A stretch of 63,556 nt of DNA, the filler included, from Psammoneis japonica (lineage: Eukaryota), in the NCBI GenBank assembly GCA_008632985.1. It is 7 parts of 7 records of this genome, joined end to end, with 100 filler letters (N's around TTAATTAATTAA, not from the genome) between each part and the next. Parts side by side here need not be neighbours in the genome. Positions count along the whole stretch, not along the records: positions 57,647 to 63,556 come from QPGO01000558.1; 6 more parts are not named here. One strand, written 5' to 3'. Each line of letters starts with the position of its first letter. Position 1 is the stretch's first letter. The notes beneath the pieces are model-generated. The model did no database searches. It worked only from the letters and a program-made list of their open reading frames with translations, and was not told the origin of the DNA. This document shows positions 60,159 through 63,556 of the stretch, piece after piece. Made by a program: the position numbers and the translations under genes.

Positions 60159-60812
60159 TTAAACCCCCGACTGCTTGTCCTCGTCTAGTTCTATCGTCGA
60201 AACTGCGGGTGATTTTCGATCTAGCACAAACTCGAAATCCCCAAAATATGTTGTTGCGTCGCTTGGATTTGCCAATTCCTCGTACTGCCCCCAAAACCCA
60301 GTTCGCTTTGTAACAGTAATGTCACCACGTACTTGAACCTGGCAGGCCAGTCTCAGATTCGGCGACTGATCGTTCGAGCCGTGAGGAGGAAAATTCAGTC
60401 GAGCTCGTTCAATCTGATTTCGTTCGCTAGGCTCGACCAATGACTGCGGTTCAATTTCGACTGCACACGTGCCACAAGTTCCAAGACCGCGACAATTGAT
60501 GAGGCGTGCGCGGCCATTGTGTGGAGAAACAAGTTTTCGGCGCAAGGCTGCGGTTCGAAGGGTCTCGCCGTCGAAAGCTTCAAACGATACATCATTTTTA
60601 TTTGGGGTTGTCCAATGAATTGTGTGAGTTTTTGGATCCGTCTCTTGTGATTTTTGCGGCAGATTATCCTCGTCTCCAGACACTGCTGCCGATGTGGTCA
60701 AAGTGGAGTGCGATGCTTTTCGTAGACAGCTCGTGTAGCGAGGAAGAACAAGCCCTGACGACCGGCCAACAACAAAGTACATGAGTGTCAGAACTAGAAC
60801 AATAAGCTCCAT
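60159..60812 (-). CDS. 2Fe-2S ferredoxin-domain protein with an N-terminal targeting peptide
   Basis: NCRGLGTCGTCAVEI..RLACQV, preceded by a signal peptide and a Ser/Thr/Arg-rich transit-like segment. Confidence 0.92.
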   Translation of the reverse strand: MELIVLVLTLMYFVVGRSSGLVLPRYTSCLRKASHSTLTTSAAVSGDEDNLPQKSQETDPKTHTIHWTTPNKNDVSFEAFDGETLRTAALRRKLVSPHNGRARLINCRGLGTCGTCAVEIEPQSLVEPSERNQIERARLNFPPHGSNDQSPNLRLACQVQVRGDITVTKRTGFWGQYEELANPSDATTYFGDFEFVLDRKSPAVSTIELDEDKQSGV

Positions 60813-61114
60813 CCTTCAAAACCAAAGAGAGTAGACAACAACAAAGGCGCTACAGATCGGCCCATTCGCCATTGTTCTTGTTCCCTCTGCCCGAATCCGA
60901 TCCGTACATACGGACAGAAAAGCCACGTCACAACCGCACGCGATACCTGAGAAACCCGGAAGAAGATTTGCGAACTCCCTCCAACATCATCAAAATCATC
61001 GCATGCACACATCAGCCATCAGCATCATGGAACACACGCACATTCCGAGATGTCACACCGACGAGACATGAAGAGGATGCTGACGCCTTTTTAACTTCAG
61101 AAGAGAAATACACC

Positions 61115-62335
61115 ATGACTGGGACAAGTCTTGCTCTTCTAGTGTTCGCTTTGACCAATATTTGCTGCGTATTCGCTTTCTCCACGAATGCCATTCATCG
61201 ATCTGCTCGATTGTCTCCGACCAAGCCAACCAATTTTTATGCTCGTTCATCTGAAACACGGTTAATCCATCACCCAACGAGAACAGATGAGTCAAAATGG
61301 ATACTCAATGAGAGTCCAATGGCTCAAACTCCTGGTCAACACCCGTTTCAGATGACCAAAACGGATCAAGTGGTCATGTTGGCGACCACCAGCACCATGG
61401 TTCTGGCGATTGCGGCGCTGCTCCATATTTCTGGCCCAGGTGCCTGGCGATATTATCTAGCTGGGGGCATATGCGCTGCAACATCGCACAGTATTACCAC
61501 CCCCATTGATGTAGTAAAGACTCGTATGCAAGTTGAGCCTCACATGGCACACATGACAACACCTGAAGCGACCATGCACATTGTCAAGGAAGAAGGTGCA
61601 AGAACTCTGCTTGCTGGCCTTGGCCCAACAACGTTTGGTTACCTAATGGAAGGCGCTGTAAAATTTGGTATTTACGAGGTACTAAAGCCTACCGTGCGTA
61701 AATTGCTGGAGTACGTTTCATCTACCACCAGAGTTGCAGCGTTCAACTCTCAGCTGCTGGGGCTGCTCTTATGTGGCGCTGCATCCGGTGTCGCCGCCTC
61801 GCTCATGCTATGCCCCATGGAGGCACTACGAATTCGGCTCGTGGCAGAACCGGACTTTGCTCCCAATGGGTGGATCCAAGGAGGCTTCAAAATGTTGCGG
61901 ATCGAAGGAGTCAGGGGTCTTTGGAAGGGATTGCCACCGATGTTATGCAAGCAAGTGCCTTATACGGTCACAAAGAATGTTTCGTTTGATATCATGACCA
62001 AAGGCTTTTATTCAATCCTGAAAAACAGTGGATATGTTATTGGATCACACGTTAAGGTCGCGGTTCCGTTGGTTGCGGCCATGTTGGCGAGTGTCTTGTC
62101 GACTATCAGCAGTCAACCAGGCGATGTGTTATTGAGCCTGGTGAATGCGCACGAAGGAGATAGACCAACAAGATCTTTCTTGAAAGAAATATGGAAAAGT
62201 CCAGATGGAGTAAAGGGACTTTTTATAGGCATGAAGGCTCGACTCCTTCACGTTGGCATCATTGTGACGACCCAGCTACTGATTTACGACGTCGTCAAGC
62301 GCTTTTGTGGAATCGCAGCCACAGGCATGACTTAA
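61115..62335 (+). CDS. Mitochondrial carrier family protein, phosphate-carrier (PiC/MIR1)-like, with a bipartite presequence
   Basis: Three Px(D/E)xx(K/R)-type motifs (PIDVVKTR, PMEALRIR, PGDVLLS), plus GY..EGAVKFG.YE and KQVPYT. Confidence 0.92.
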   Translation: MTGTSLALLVFALTNICCVFAFSTNAIHRSARLSPTKPTNFYARSSETRLIHHPTRTDESKWILNESPMAQTPGQHPFQMTKTDQVVMLATTSTMVLAIAALLHISGPGAWRYYLAGGICAATSHSITTPIDVVKTRMQVEPHMAHMTTPEATMHIVKEEGARTLLAGLGPTTFGYLMEGAVKFGIYEVLKPTVRKLLEYVSSTTRVAAFNSQLLGLLLCGAASGVAASLMLCPMEALRIRLVAEPDFAPNGWIQGGFKMLRIEGVRGLWKGLPPMLCKQVPYTVTKNVSFDIMTKGFYSILKNSGYVIGSHVKVAVPLVAAMLASVLSTISSQPGDVLLSLVNAHEGDRPTRSFLKEIWKSPDGVKGLFIGMKARLLHVGIIVTTQLLIYDVVKRFCGIAATGMT

Positions 62336-62539
62336 GATAGCTAAAATAAGTCATTAGCATGTGCAATTTCATGAGACATTCCGGTAAGGATTAGAGTAGT
62401 TTTTCTTTGAATAGAGTAGCAGAGAACTAGAGAGAAAATCTCTAAAGTCGGTTTGTCAAACAACGACGAGAATGCAAAACACACGAATCTCCGACAAATA
62501 CAAATTCACTTCTAGTCTGAAAAGAAAAGGATGGTGCGT

Positions 62540-63556
62540 TTCATGACAAAAATGATTGCTGCAGTTTTTAGCTTCTTTTTCTTAGTTGCTGGATGGCCTT
62601 CTGAGTTCCATGATTAAATGAGCTGTCCCACTGGCTCTTCAGTTGGTTGCCCTGCCCCAGTGAATCATCAAGACAGCACATGCATCTGGGGTCAGAAAGT
62701 GGAGTTCTCCCCATTGCCAAATTGTGCTGAACCCCATGACTTGGACAGTTGGTCACGCAACCAACTGGTTCTTCAATTGGTTGCCCCACCACAATGGATC
62801 AAAACATGGCACATGCCTTTGTCCATTGCTGCAGTGTTTGCAAATGCTGCAGCAGCTCCATCATTGGCGCCACTGCCACTGGAGCCCTGGCCTTTTTCTT
62901 GAGGCACTTTTTCCTGCTCCTGCTCCATGAGCAGGTGTGCTGACAACAATGCAAACTTGACCATCGCCCCTGCCTTTCCAACTCCTGTGCACACAAAAGT
63001 CAATTGTGTCTCCCAAATGATTCTGGGCAAACTTAAAATCTGTGGCTGTCCACAACATCCTGGGTTTTGTGCTTGATCACCACACCAAATGTGCAAGCTC
63101 CTTCTTGTCCAAGCCAGCAATGTCGCTGCACACTTGTGACAACCAGCAACAAGATGAAAAAAAACACAAAATGGCAAAGGACTGGCATGCTGCTCTGCCT
63201 TCAACTGCACTTTTGTCCCAGCTGACAACATCAAACAGCTTGACTTGGAGCTTTCTCCTTGGATCTGTTGTGCGCACGCTGTGCACATTCCTTCTTTTTC
63301 CACAAAACAGCCAAGTGCATGGCATCATTGGCATGACACCTCCTCCCAGCTTCTGCTTGCTTGCCCCATCTGGAAGCACTGAGAGAGGCTCTGCTGTGAT
63401 GCTGCTGGCCACATTGTCAGATGGCAGAATCACAAATGTTTTCCCATCTTGCTGCTGGCATCAGAAGAAGTGGTTTTTCTGACCTTCAAAGCTGTGTCAC
63501 TTGCCACACCCTGCCTCATGAGTGTGAGAGCTGCTGTGCATCCACACAGGCACTGC
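62540..63556. mobile_element. Start of another TpA- and CpG-depleted repeat block
   Basis: TA is lost abruptly ~200 bp after the carrier stop codon. Cys/His-rich spurious ORFs. Confidence 0.6.

Overview
Eukaryotic DNA, very probably from a diatom: short GT-AG introns, bipartite plastid-type presequences, diatom-type Copia/Gypsy remnants and a TTAGGG telomere. The window is not contiguous. Six artificial 100-bp linkers (N44-TTAATTAATTAA-N44) join seven unrelated ~9-10 kb scaffolds, and many frameshifts sit in homopolymer runs, so they are probably sequencing errors. Ordinary host genes include a purple acid phosphatase-LRR fusion, a UBE3D/Ipa1-like protein, a bacterial-type LonC protease, a 2OG-Fe(II) oxygenase, a Rab GTPase, a TSEN54-like protein, a 2Fe-2S ferredoxin and a phosphate-carrier-family protein. 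These alternate with sharply bounded transposon-rich blocks (about 2.5-9.6, 14.1-19.4, 31.3-38.1, 41.1-43.9, 48.4-57.5 and 62.5-63.6 kb) that have lost almost all TpA dinucleotides. The main finding is that this loss is directional, TpA->TpG/CpA, i.e. A-to-G in a TA context on both strands. It is supported by paralog comparisons, Tyr->Cys/His recoding of retroelement proteins, one mutated arm of a TIR pair, and TTGGGG/TCAGGG variants at the inner telomere edge. This is the reverse of fungal RIP and may be an undescribed repeat-targeted hypermutation (genome defence) system. No enzyme for it is visible in this window. All dinucleotide statements come from reading the sequence by eye, not from computed counts.
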